Below, piece after piece: positions 9,454 to 16,604 of a stretch of 35,128 nt of DNA. Made by a program: the position numbers and the translations under genes. The notes beneath the pieces are model-generated. The model ran no database searches. It saw only the letters and a list, made by a program, of their open reading frames with translations, and was not told where the DNA came from. Location: positions 1-35,128 of the IMG/VR virus record IMGVR_UViG_3300044266_000112. One strand, 5' to 3'. Numbering within the stretch: the first letter of the stretch is position 1; every line of letters starts with the position of its first letter. The DNA is from a virus. Its lineage: Duplodnaviria > Caudoviricetes.

Positions 9454-9611
9454 TTCTTTTTTCCTTTAGTGGTGGTTGCTTTTTTGCCTTGAGCGGCACG
9501 CTTAGTGGCATATGCGATGGCCACCGCTTGAGCAGGTTTCTTCCCTGCTTTGATCTCAGTGGAAACATTCTTTTTGAATGCTTCTGGTGATTTGCTTTTA
9601 ATTAGAGGCAC
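9450..9611 (-). CDS. Small basic phage protein, 53 aa (not in ORF track)
   Basis: GTG start with AAGGA RBS; [53 protein letters not shown]; stop overlaps next ATG (ATGA). Confidence 0.85.
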   Translation of the reverse strand: MPLIKSKSPEAFKKNVSTEIKAGKKPAQAVAIAYATKRAAQGKKATTTKGKKK

Positions 9612-9951
9612 TGTCTTCGTCCTTTTGTTTATTTATATTATTCAGTGATTTGAGTGCTTCTAAGAACGCTGTTTGCTTGGTGTCTGCTAGTGCGGAATTG
9701 TCCTCAACTTCAACATCCAACATTGTGGTGGCCACTTTGTCTAAAATGATCTTTTCGTAGGTATTGCGTAGTTTAGTGTCGCCAGCGTAGATGCTGTCGC
9801 GGTAACCTTCCATTAGGCTGATGGCAAAAGGCTTGCCCACAATGGCAGCACATTGGTCTAATAGATCTTTGGCCGTGAGTTTATTGCCAGTGCCTTTGGG
9901 ACGCCCAGCACCTGCTCTTGCTCCACCATGTTCTTTCTTTTCTTGTTCCAT
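9598..9951 (-). CDS. terS: Terminase small subunit-like protein
   Basis: N-terminal [13 protein letters not shown] motif typical of many small terminases; first gene of the late block. Confidence 0.6.
   Translation of the reverse strand: MEQEKKEHGGARAGAGRPKGTGNKLTAKDLLDQCAAIVGKPFAISLMEGYRDSIYAGDTKLRNTYEKIILDKVATTMLDVEVEDNSALADTKQTAFLEALKSLNNINKQKDEDSASN
9630..9637 (-). promoter_or_regulatory. T4-late-like TATAAATA box
   Basis: Exact TATAAATA 18 nt upstream of the GTG at 9611, inside the 3' end of terS. Confidence 0.55.
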
Positions 9952-9977
9952 ACCTAAACTTGATTCCTATTCATGTT

Positions 9978-9985
9978 TATTTAGC
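9978..9985 (-). promoter_or_regulatory. GCTAAATA late-like box before terS
   Basis: CCGCTAAATA in the intergenic gap after a terminator; same 10-mer at 25265-25256. Confidence 0.55.
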
Positions 9986-10005
9986 GGTTTGGACAAAAGA
10001 GCCGT

Positions 10006-10027
10006 AAGAAAGCCCCAATGAAGGGGC
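10006..10027 (-). terminator. Rho-independent terminator
   Basis: GCCCC-TTCATT-GGGGC followed by TTTCTT. Confidence 0.6.
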
Positions 10028-10050
10028 ATAGTGTTTCTGCGTGGGGTCTA

Positions 10051-10290
10051 TTATGCTGTTACAATTTTAGATAGTTTATCTACAACTGCTTGGACCTGTT
10101 TATTATCTACCGTATCAGGAATCAAATATTCTTGTAATTGATCACCATCGTTCCAAATGCGTCCTGCAATTTTTAACTCATCCCAGAACGGAGTTTGTTC
10201 CCAAATCTTGTCAATCTCTTTAAATCGTTTTTGGTAAGTGTCGTCATCAATTAACACCTGAATCCAACCAATCTTCTTAACTGCTAACAT
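10051..10290 (-). CDS. Hypothetical protein (start revised to ATG 10290)
   Basis: TAAGGAG RBS before MLAVKK; flanked by its own promoter and terminator. Confidence 0.75.
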   Translation of the reverse strand: MLAVKKIGWIQVLIDDDTYQKRFKEIDKIWEQTPFWDELKIAGRIWNDGDQLQEYLIPDTVDNKQVQAVVDKLSKIVTA

Positions 10291-10323
10291 AGGCTTCTCC
10301 TTAATGTTTGTTGCCATATGTTA

Positions 10324-10352
10324 ATTGTATATGGTATTTAGCATTTTGTCAA
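10324..10352 (-). promoter_or_regulatory. Sigma70 promoter with embedded GCTAAATA
   Basis: TTGACA-AAATGCTAAATACCATA (17 nt)-TACAAT. Confidence 0.85.
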
Positions 10353-10361
10353 CCTGTTTGG

Positions 10362-10565
10362 TTAGACATCCACAGGATCCTGCCATTCACCTTCTATGAG
10401 CCTAATACCTAGTAAGCCAGCCAGTACATGTGCATGACTTCTGGGTTCTATGATAATACCCGCACGGTTGAAATCATATTCTGCGCCCTGTTGTTTGAGT
10501 AAGCAGTTCATCTGCTCTGTGGTCAAGTCAATGAGGTCCGTGCAGTGCGAGTACAAGAATTTCAT
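10362..10565 (-). CDS. Hypothetical protein
   Basis: 67 aa, ATGA overlap with upstream gene. Confidence 0.65.
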   Translation of the reverse strand: MKFLYSHCTDLIDLTTEQMNCLLKQQGAEYDFNRAGIIIEPRSHAHVLAGLLGIRLIEGEWQDPVDV

Positions 10566-10969
10566 TTTTGTGGTTTCCGTGGGCGACCTACTGGCCGTTT
10601 GACCTGAACCTGTTCTGGCTGCTTGCGTGGGCGTCCTATACGATTACCATAGATGCTGTGCGTGTCTCCTGATAATCTATCTTTAACTGTGATATAATTG
10701 TTTACGGGTTTGCGTAGTGCATAAGGATTTGACTGTGAGCTGGCATCAAAGACAAAGAATTTACAGTTTCTGCACTTGTGTTTTACATGCTCATAGTCTG
10801 TACCTATTCTATGAACTGCACATTCTATCACTTGGTTGACCACTGGTTCTGAGCAGTAGCCACAGATCTTTGCCTCAGTGTTCTTTACCAAGACATCACG
10901 ATCCAGTTTGGCACTGAAGCGTAGCAGTCCTGAAGTACGCCGTTTGAATTCTTCTTTGTTCATAGGCAT
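10562..10969 (-). CDS. Zn-ribbon protein with two AT-hook-like motifs (start uncertain: 10969 or 10963)
   Basis: CGYC...CRNC pairs; C-terminal RIGRPRK and KRPVGRPRK. Confidence 0.7.
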   Translation of the reverse strand: MPMNKEEFKRRTSGLLRFSAKLDRDVLVKNTEAKICGYCSEPVVNQVIECAVHRIGTDYEHVKHKCRNCKFFVFDASSQSNPYALRKPVNNYITVKDRLSGDTHSIYGNRIGRPRKQPEQVQVKRPVGRPRKPQK

Positions 10970-11077
10970 ATTTAAGTGCTGGGGGAATTTGGCTTTATGG
11001 TTGTGAGACGAAACGGACAAAAGTCATTCACTGGCATCCTTCCCTGGACCGTTGACTCCAGCACAGGGTATTTACCC

Positions 11078-11108
11078 AAAAAAAAGCACCCTGTTCTGGG
11101 GTGCTTTG
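11078..11108 (-). terminator. Rho-independent terminator of the ATPase operon
   Basis: AAAGCACCC-CAGAACA-GGGTGCTTT running into a T8 tract. Confidence 0.85.
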
Positions 11109-11151
11109 AGGTTAGCCAGGGTCTCTTATAATTGCCTCTGCCTGGACAGGG

Positions 11152-11742
11152 TTATTCTATTGCCTTTCCTGTGAGCATAATGTATTCTTCTTGTGTAATG
11201 TAATAAAAGCCTGAATCAGGTTTTTTTACAAGGCTCATTAGGTGCCTACGAGCATTAGTGCCTCTAATAGGAATATAGTGATCGCTGGCTTGATTAAGAC
11301 TTTCAAATACACCTTCTGGAGTTATGATAGGTTTACAACTACGCAGACGGTTAGCCTTAGCAGTATTTGCCTGCCAATTAGGATCTTGTGACAAATCCTT
11401 CATTGCTTTTGCTTTATTAGCACGCCAGGTATCACCTCTATTTTTTATCATCGTTTGATGCTTTTTTTGCCAATCAGGATTTTGTGTCAATAATTCCATA
11501 GCAGCCTTATGGCTATCTTGCCATTTCTGTGTGGCAGTGGTTTGTCTAACTGAGCGAGCATTTTTCTCACGCCATGCTGGATCTGCTGTTCTTTTAGCAA
11601 TACTTAATTTAAAGGTATTGCTAGAATTGCGTTCCTTTATACCAGCAACATGGTTCCAATTTGTTCCAAATAATTTCTCATCGCTTAGACCAGGCAACTC
11701 AATGTTACCCCATTGTTCTGTATTTGTATTAGTATTAGACAT
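11152..11742 (-). CDS. Homing-endonuclease-derived DNA-binding protein (helical repeats + NUMOD1-like HTH), paralogue A
   Basis: Repeated DP.W(R/Q) basic helices; C-terminal KPIITPEGVFESLNQASDHY...GFYYI; no GIY-YIG or HNH motif seen. Confidence 0.6.
   Translation of the reverse strand: MSNTNTNTEQWGNIELPGLSDEKLFGTNWNHVAGIKERNSSNTFKLSIAKRTADPAWREKNARSVRQTTATQKWQDSHKAAMELLTQNPDWQKKHQTMIKNRGDTWRANKAKAMKDLSQDPNWQANTAKANRLRSCKPIITPEGVFESLNQASDHYIPIRGTNARRHLMSLVKKPDSGFYYITQEEYIMLTGKAIE
11656..11742 (-). repeat. ~85-nt direct repeat, copy 1 (shared gene 5' end)
   Basis: Encodes MSNTNTNTEQWGNIELPGLSDEKLFGTNW; matches 12104-12184. Confidence 0.9.
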
Positions 11743-12184
11743 AATAAAATTTGTCCTTCTTACTAGTTTTGAGCCAATATTGAACGGTACCTACAGCGAC
11801 ATCATAATATCTCGCCACTGCTGTCAAACTTTCATGCGTGATATTCTTTTCAACATCAAAAATTGGAGTTGCTCGCGACATAATGTTTTTAAGATTTTTT
11901 TCTTTAACATCAGGACGCTGTGCCACTTCCTTATTAATGCGAGTTTTTTTGGCTAATGTTTCTTCATTGGCCCAGGCTCGTTTCATACCTTCCACTCTGT
12001 TATTCCGTGATTGGGGATTAGCCCAGGTCTTAAGATTACTTTCTGTTGAATGCCGCCTGAATGAATCTCGCTGGCCAACTTCTCTCATTATCGCTAATTT
12101 TTCCCAATTGGTATTGAATAACTTCTCATCGCTTAGACCAGGTAACTCAATATTGCCCCATTGTTCTGTATTTGTATTAGACAT
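11735..12184 (-). CDS. Homing-endonuclease-derived DNA-binding protein (NUMOD1-like HTH), paralogue B (start revised)
   Basis: GGAG RBS; C-terminal HESLTAVARYYDVAVGTVQYWLK...KFYYV HTH pattern. Confidence 0.6.
   Translation of the reverse strand: MSNTNTEQWGNIELPGLSDEKLFNTNWEKLAIMREVGQRDSFRRHSTESNLKTWANPQSRNNRVEGMKRAWANEETLAKKTRINKEVAQRPDVKEKNLKNIMSRATPIFDVEKNITHESLTAVARYYDVAVGTVQYWLKTSKKDKFYYV
12104..12184 (-). repeat. ~85-nt direct repeat, copy 2
   Basis: Encodes MSNTNTEQWGNIELPGLSDEKLFNTNW; differences are mostly synonymous. Confidence 0.9.
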
Positions 12185-12305
12185 CATAATCTCCAATGTA
12201 GACTCTGCGTTTAATTGCTTCAACATAATAAAAAGCCATTTTTATATTATTTCTTTTAATCGCGTATTTCAATGAATCAAATAATTGTTGTTCTACGATA
12301 TTCAT
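12177..12305 (-). CDS. Small hypothetical protein, 42 aa (not in ORF track)
   Basis: MNIVEQQLFDSLKYAIKRNNIKMAFYYVEAIKRRVYIGDYDV; fills the gap, starting 3 nt after the ATPase stop and overlapping the next start. Confidence 0.5.
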   Translation of the reverse strand: MNIVEQQLFDSLKYAIKRNNIKMAFYYVEAIKRRVYIGDYDV

Positions 12306-12308
12306 AGA

Positions 12309-13121
12309 TTATTTCCAAAGTTGTTGAAGCATGGTTTGACGCAGTTTAGGATCTGCATTGTGATGAAGTGTATCTGCGATTTTGATAGCAATACGCGGAG
12401 TGACTTCAACCAAACTACGATAGTTTCTGCCCATATAATCAGCGGCTAGTTCAATGATATCTTCTGGATAGCCGCCTTCAAACTCTTGACAGTTTGTGCC
12501 CAACATATCCATGTTATCAACTAAATGCATGGTATAACTGAATTTCTGTTCATCTGAAAAGTTACATTCAGCAAAGTTGAAACGACTGAAGATAGCATTC
12601 TTCCATTGCTTAATTGCTTTGGCAATGTCATCTTTACGATCGTTAGTAATCCAAATCAGTGCGCCTTCAAACTTAAAATTATGAGGAACATTATATTCTT
12701 CCATAAGCGGATTTTTGCGAGCAGTTTCCCAACTGACTTCACGATTTTGGCCTAGTTCAGCCGCACCCAATAGCATTGGAACAATCTGTCGCTTTTCATT
12801 GTGGTGAATGATATCACAGTCATCCAAAATAACGATACGATGTTTGGCACGGTTAAGATAAAGTTTGACATACAAACTGGCCGCAGTAATTTTGCCGCCT
12901 TTGATGTATTCAACATTTTTTGTGTGCCCTGTATCTCGTAGGGCCTTTTTAACAGTATAGGTCTTGCCTGTACCAGCATCGCCTGAAATGATTAGGCCAT
13001 TAATGGCTGAATTTGGATTTTGAACAAACGAAACAGTTTGTGCGTAGATGCCGTCAAAAGTATCTTGGACTTCTTGGGCAATTGGATTGATGCGAATTTT
13101 TTTCGCGATTGCGAGTGACAT
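12309..13121 (-). CDS. AAA+/P-loop ATPase (start revised to ATG 13121)
   Basis: Walker A GDAGTGKT, Walker B IVILDDCD, sensor-1 IWITN, Arg-finger-like AIFSRF; AAGGAG RBS. Confidence 0.88.
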   Translation of the reverse strand: MSLAIAKKIRINPIAQEVQDTFDGIYAQTVSFVQNPNSAINGLIISGDAGTGKTYTVKKALRDTGHTKNVEYIKGGKITAASLYVKLYLNRAKHRIVILDDCDIIHHNEKRQIVPMLLGAAELGQNREVSWETARKNPLMEEYNVPHNFKFEGALIWITNDRKDDIAKAIKQWKNAIFSRFNFAECNFSDEQKFSYTMHLVDNMDMLGTNCQEFEGGYPEDIIELAADYMGRNYRSLVEVTPRIAIKIADTLHHNADPKLRQTMLQQLWK

Positions 13122-13210
13122 AAAATCTCCTTGGAGTTGATGAATAAAATTATTGACGCATATCTTGATATACATCTCAATGAACAGCACTATTGCTAGT
13201 TCATGTTATT

Positions 13211-13239
13211 ATTATATAGTGTATTTAGCAGGTTGTCAA
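13211..13239 (-). promoter_or_regulatory. Perfect-consensus sigma70 promoter with embedded GCTAAATA
   Basis: TTGACA-ACCTGCTAAATACACTA (17 nt)-TATAAT. Confidence 0.92.
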
Positions 13240-13276
13240 CAGTCAGTTTTACCAAAATTCTCGTTAACCTTAGCAT

Positions 13277-13308
13277 TTGACAGGCCTCTTTGATCTATGT
13301 TATAAATA
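13277..13308 (+). promoter_or_regulatory. Sigma70 promoter overlapping a TATAAATA box; drives the candidate ncRNA
   Basis: TTGACA-18 nt-TATAAA with extended -10 TG; TATAAATA at 13301-13308. Confidence 0.75.
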
Positions 13309-13312
13309 ATAC

Positions 13313-13508
13313 TGTAGCGGGAACACTCCTTAATGGAATTCGCTTTGTAGTTGTTGTCATATAACACCGTTCCCGCTACACTTGTTATTGCGTGTCTAAC
13401 ACTAGGTAGCGGCAATTACCAAATCCAATAACGAGTCATGTTAATGTAATTCTCAAAAAGCAGGAGTGCAATGCTCCGTGGAAAAGCCCAGTTAAACTGG
13501 GCTTTTTC
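13313..13508 (+). ncRNA. Candidate structured non-coding RNA (~195 nt)
   Basis: 12-bp perfect stem 13313-24/13369-80; 10-bp stem 13381-90/13426-35; internal hairpins; bounded by promoter and terminator. Confidence 0.6.
13481..13508 (+). terminator. Rho-independent terminator (bidirectional geometry)
   Basis: AAAAGCCCAGT-TAA-ACTGGGCTTTTT. Confidence 0.85.
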
Positions 13509-13513
13509 ATCTC

Positions 13514-13552
13514 TTGACATTTTACAGGGTTTTCTGTTATTATCGCTAAATA
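13514..13552 (+). promoter_or_regulatory. Sigma70-like promoter followed by GCTAAATA, upstream of the polymerase-like gene
   Basis: TTGACA-18 nt-TATTAT (TG extended), then GCTAAATA at 13545-13552. Confidence 0.7.
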
Positions 13553-13598
13553 AAAGGTGAGACAATGTTTGCCGCGTGTCTTAAGAGAATTATGTTAA

Positions 13599-14597
13599 AT
13601 GAAAAATTACGAACCAAACTTTAAAGATCCAAGAGTCCTAAAAAGAATTACCAATGCCATTCAATTTGTTGAACGGTATGTATTTTCTACGCCTGTACCT
13701 GTAGCACAAAGTAAAATACACGAACATATGGCCAGAACAGATACTGCCATTGGCCGTTATCTAAAAAGCCAACTGCTAATCTGTGTAGATGAATATTACA
13801 ACATTGAAACGCATCAATGTAAAAAATATATTCGCAACCAAGAAGGGCTAGATGCGCTTAAAGCAGCCATTAAAGCACCCACAACTATTAGTCCTGAACT
13901 ACAGGCACAACTGGACACAGGTCTGTTTGAATATGTAGAAAAAGGCAATAGGTTCTTCAATCCTATCCAATACGCACCACGCAAGGTCAAACGCCCTTTA
14001 TTGGCAGCAAATGGCTATACCAATGTCTATGACATTCAATGTGCGGCTCCTACGCTGTTTTACCAATATGCACAGAGAATTAATAGAGATCTACAATTAC
14101 CTGCCATTGAGCAATACCTAGACAACAGAAATGACATTCGCACAGACCTATCAGTAAAATACAACATACCTCTAGATGATGTAAAGCAAATCCTCACGGG
14201 ATTGTTTCAAGGTGCTCTATTAAGTTTGGATTACAGAACACGCATATTCCACATCTTAAACGGCAACTATACCCTAATACGCAGACTACAATCTGATCAA
14301 TACCTCACAGACCTGAGAGGTGATATCAGCAGTATGTGGAAGACAATCAATGTGAAACTTAAACAAGAACTCAATAAAAAGAGAATTACTGCGAGAGATA
14401 AAGCAGGATTGTATAGGGAACTTGAGAGAGAAGTTATGTCTGAAATAAAGAAGGTATTGAAAAGAACTGGGAATAAGTTCTTATTAGAACATGATGGTTG
14501 GACTTCAAGAGATGCAGTAGATGTGGGATATTTGATTGGATGTGTGAGATCAAATACGGGATATGTGATTAACATTGATTGGGAACAATACATCTAA
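13599..14597 (+). CDS. Minimal family-A / T7-RNAP-superfamily polymerase-like protein (TV-Pol-like)
   Basis: GNRF...IQ pre-motif, motif A VYDIQCAAP, motif B-like VKQILTGLFQG, LERE helix, motif C LLEHDGW; only 332 aa, no exonuclease domain. Confidence 0.7.
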   Translation: MKNYEPNFKDPRVLKRITNAIQFVERYVFSTPVPVAQSKIHEHMARTDTAIGRYLKSQLLICVDEYYNIETHQCKKYIRNQEGLDALKAAIKAPTTISPELQAQLDTGLFEYVEKGNRFFNPIQYAPRKVKRPLLAANGYTNVYDIQCAAPTLFYQYAQRINRDLQLPAIEQYLDNRNDIRTDLSVKYNIPLDDVKQILTGLFQGALLSLDYRTRIFHILNGNYTLIRRLQSDQYLTDLRGDISSMWKTINVKLKQELNKKRITARDKAGLYRELEREVMSEIKKVLKRTGNKFLLEHDGWTSRDAVDVGYLIGCVRSNTGYVINIDWEQYI

Positions 14598-14664
14598 ACA
14601 TATAAGTTCATTATTGCATAGTGCATTATATTATACATGATCTCCAGAAAAGAAAGGAAAAGCA

Positions 14665-14943
14665 ATGAGTTTTGAAGATGTTTTGAATAGACACAATGAT
14701 CATAAGATGGTAATTTTACCTAGGTATCACAAAGGTAAGACATGGCCCGTTCCAGGACTATATTGTGAATCTTGTGCCAAATTAATCAAATGGTTGAATT
14801 GGCCCACTGCCAATGATCTAATTGAATATGGAGTAGAACAATTAGATATGACCCCAGAAGACGAAAGAGCGTTGGCACAAGAAATTATTAGGCAAAAATC
14901 TAAGGCGCCTAAAATAATCAAAGCGGGCGATTTGTTAGGATAA
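14665..14943 (+). CDS. Hypothetical protein with H...CxxC metal-binding motif
   Basis: GAAAGGAA RBS; LYCESCAKLIKWL. Confidence 0.75.
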   Translation: MSFEDVLNRHNDHKMVILPRYHKGKTWPVPGLYCESCAKLIKWLNWPTANDLIEYGVEQLDMTPEDERALAQEIIRQKSKAPKIIKAGDLLG

Positions 14944-14957
14944 TTTCTAAATAGATA

Positions 14958-14986
14958 TTGACAATTTCGCTAAATACTTATATATT
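14958..14986 (+). promoter_or_regulatory. Sigma70 promoter with embedded GCTAAATA
   Basis: TTGACA-ATTTCGCTAAATACTTA (17 nt)-TATATT; extra CTAAATA at 14947-14953. Confidence 0.8.
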
Positions 14987-15005
14987 TGTATTGAAAGGAA
15001 TTGAT

Positions 15006-15440
15006 ATGACACAGCAATATACTCTCCAAGAGAAAGTTCAATTTACCCAACACATCGTCACAGATCTCAATAGGTTCTGGATCAAGTACAAGGGCGATCT
15101 GTTTAATCACAAAGACTTCTGGGATGAAACCCTACACAGCTTTACCAATGAAGATTGGTCTATCATGCTGGATGTAATGGAACTAATACGCCTAGAAGAC
15201 CCCAGTTGCTATCTTCCATTCAGCCATCAAACATTTGAAGATGCCCGCAAAGTTTTAGAATTTGAAGGGCATTCAGGTAATCCCAAAGCCCTAGACGCTC
15301 GTAAAAATAAAAAGAAGAGTTTTAAAGCGCTCATGCACATTAAAGATGTAATGAACAACTTTGGCGGTTACGAGCCACCCACTAGATTCAAACCTGACCC
15401 AGAACCCCCAACCCCCTTTGAACAATTGTTTGATTATTAA
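15006..15440 (+). CDS. Hypothetical protein (start revised to ATG 15006)
   Basis: GAAAGGAA RBS; the TTG start in the track is the promoter -35 box. Confidence 0.75.
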   Translation: MTQQYTLQEKVQFTQHIVTDLNRFWIKYKGDLFNHKDFWDETLHSFTNEDWSIMLDVMELIRLEDPSCYLPFSHQTFEDARKVLEFEGHSGNPKALDARKNKKKSFKALMHIKDVMNNFGGYEPPTRFKPDPEPPTPFEQLFDY

Positions 15441-15448
15441 GGACTAAC

Positions 15449-15817
15449 ATGAACCCAGATAAGAAATGGAAACGCTATACACGAGTAGGTGACATCTATG
15501 TCAATCTTACCAAATACAGAGAAAATCTAGAACCAGACAAGAATGGATGTCTTCTTTGGCGAGGACCCCTGCATCGTCAGGGCTATTCATTTATTGGCAT
15601 TCTAAACCAAGCAGGTGAGCGTAAGATGACCGTAGGACATCGTGTGGCCATGCGCCTAAAACTAAATCGTGAAATTGCATCAGATGAAGAAGTCAAACAT
15701 GCCTGCTCAAATCCAGCATGTCTAAATCCAGCACACCTATATTTGAAACCAAAAGATTCAGAAAATGGACCAATTGAAATCACCACTCTTCCAAAGATAC
15801 CAACATTCTCCAAGTGA
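15449..15817 (+). CDS. HNH endonuclease (His-Cys / Zn-binding loop type), free-standing
   Basis: GCLLWRG...GY...HRVAM...HACSNPACLNPAHL. Confidence 0.8.
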   Translation: MNPDKKWKRYTRVGDIYVNLTKYRENLEPDKNGCLLWRGPLHRQGYSFIGILNQAGERKMTVGHRVAMRLKLNREIASDEEVKHACSNPACLNPAHLYLKPKDSENGPIEITTLPKIPTFSK

Positions 15818-16310
15818 TGCCTGGGCCTGGAACTGGGCACAATGGTCAGATGTTGAAGATATCTTTAACATGGCTCGTGAACATTTTGAAACGGAGATGA
15901 GCGAAATATTCACCATCAACTATGAAGCATACAAATATGCTATTGATATTTCAACTAGCCATCAACGACATAATCTAGCACATGAACAATTATTAGTTTG
16001 CCGTGATAAGGCCACAAATAAACTCCTTGCTTATAGTTGGATTGGCCGTGGACATCGTACGCCCTACAGCAATGATGAAATGTGCGAAGCCCGTATGGCG
16101 CACTTAGACTTGTCATTAAGCGGACGCCAGCGTATGCATCTATTGATCCAAATGATCAGTTACTGGATCACATGGTGTGAAGCCTGTGCGATACCTGTGT
16201 TAGTATCTACCAGTATTCGCGAAGATCAGGAGACATTTCTTAAACTGCATGAGCGGTTAGGTTTTACAATCCGTGGTGGTATTGCATATCTTAGGACCAT
16301 TCCAAAATGA
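15765..16310 (+). CDS. GNAT-fold acyltransferase-like protein
   Basis: A..DVEDI N-terminal helix, LLAYSW strand, C-terminal FLKLHERLGF motif. Confidence 0.6.
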   Translation: MDQLKSPLFQRYQHSPSDAWAWNWAQWSDVEDIFNMAREHFETEMSEIFTINYEAYKYAIDISTSHQRHNLAHEQLLVCRDKATNKLLAYSWIGRGHRTPYSNDEMCEARMAHLDLSLSGRQRMHLLIQMISYWITWCEACAIPVLVSTSIREDQETFLKLHERLGFTIRGGIAYLRTIPK

Positions 16311-16603
16311 GCCACACAGGATTATCAGGACTATTTGGTCAACAAATGAGTTCAGGACTAGGTAACAGTATGTCAGGTGCCCTAGGTGGATTGGCACAAC
16401 AGGCAGGCTCAAATCCCTATATGAATCAGGGTCTGGCTGCACAACAACATGCTGCCTATATGGCGCAACAGAGATACACAGAACCACCACGGTGGGTAAT
16501 AGATGGTAAGCCAATGACCATAACAGACTTCGCTACAGAGCTATTTGGAGATACTCCAGCTCGTACCATGTTCTTGTTAAAATACAGCGATAAAGGAAAA
16601 TAA
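16307..16603 (+). CDS. Hypothetical protein with G/Q/M-rich low-complexity N-terminus
   Basis: ATGA overlap with upstream gene; AGGA RBS. Confidence 0.7.
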   Translation: MSHTGLSGLFGQQMSSGLGNSMSGALGGLAQQAGSNPYMNQGLAAQQHAAYMAQQRYTEPPRWVIDGKPMTITDFATELFGDTPARTMFLLKYSDKGK

Positions 16604-16604
16604 C

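Noticed and set aside
11005-11030. GACGAAAC...GTC resembling a hammerhead ribozyme half-core
   Set aside because: No CTGANGA core or matching stems found
11656-12184. Repeat pair as DGR template/variable repeat or CRISPR repeats
   Set aside because: No reverse transcriptase, differences are not adenine-specific, both copies are gene 5' ends, and there are only two copies
13301-13308. TATAAATA boxes as archaeal or eukaryotic TATA boxes
   Set aside because: Consensus sigma70 promoters, AGGA/GGAG SD sites and intrinsic terminators indicate a bacterial host
13313-13480. tRNA or tmRNA
   Set aside because: No T-loop GTTCRA, D-loop pattern or CCA acceptor arrangement seen
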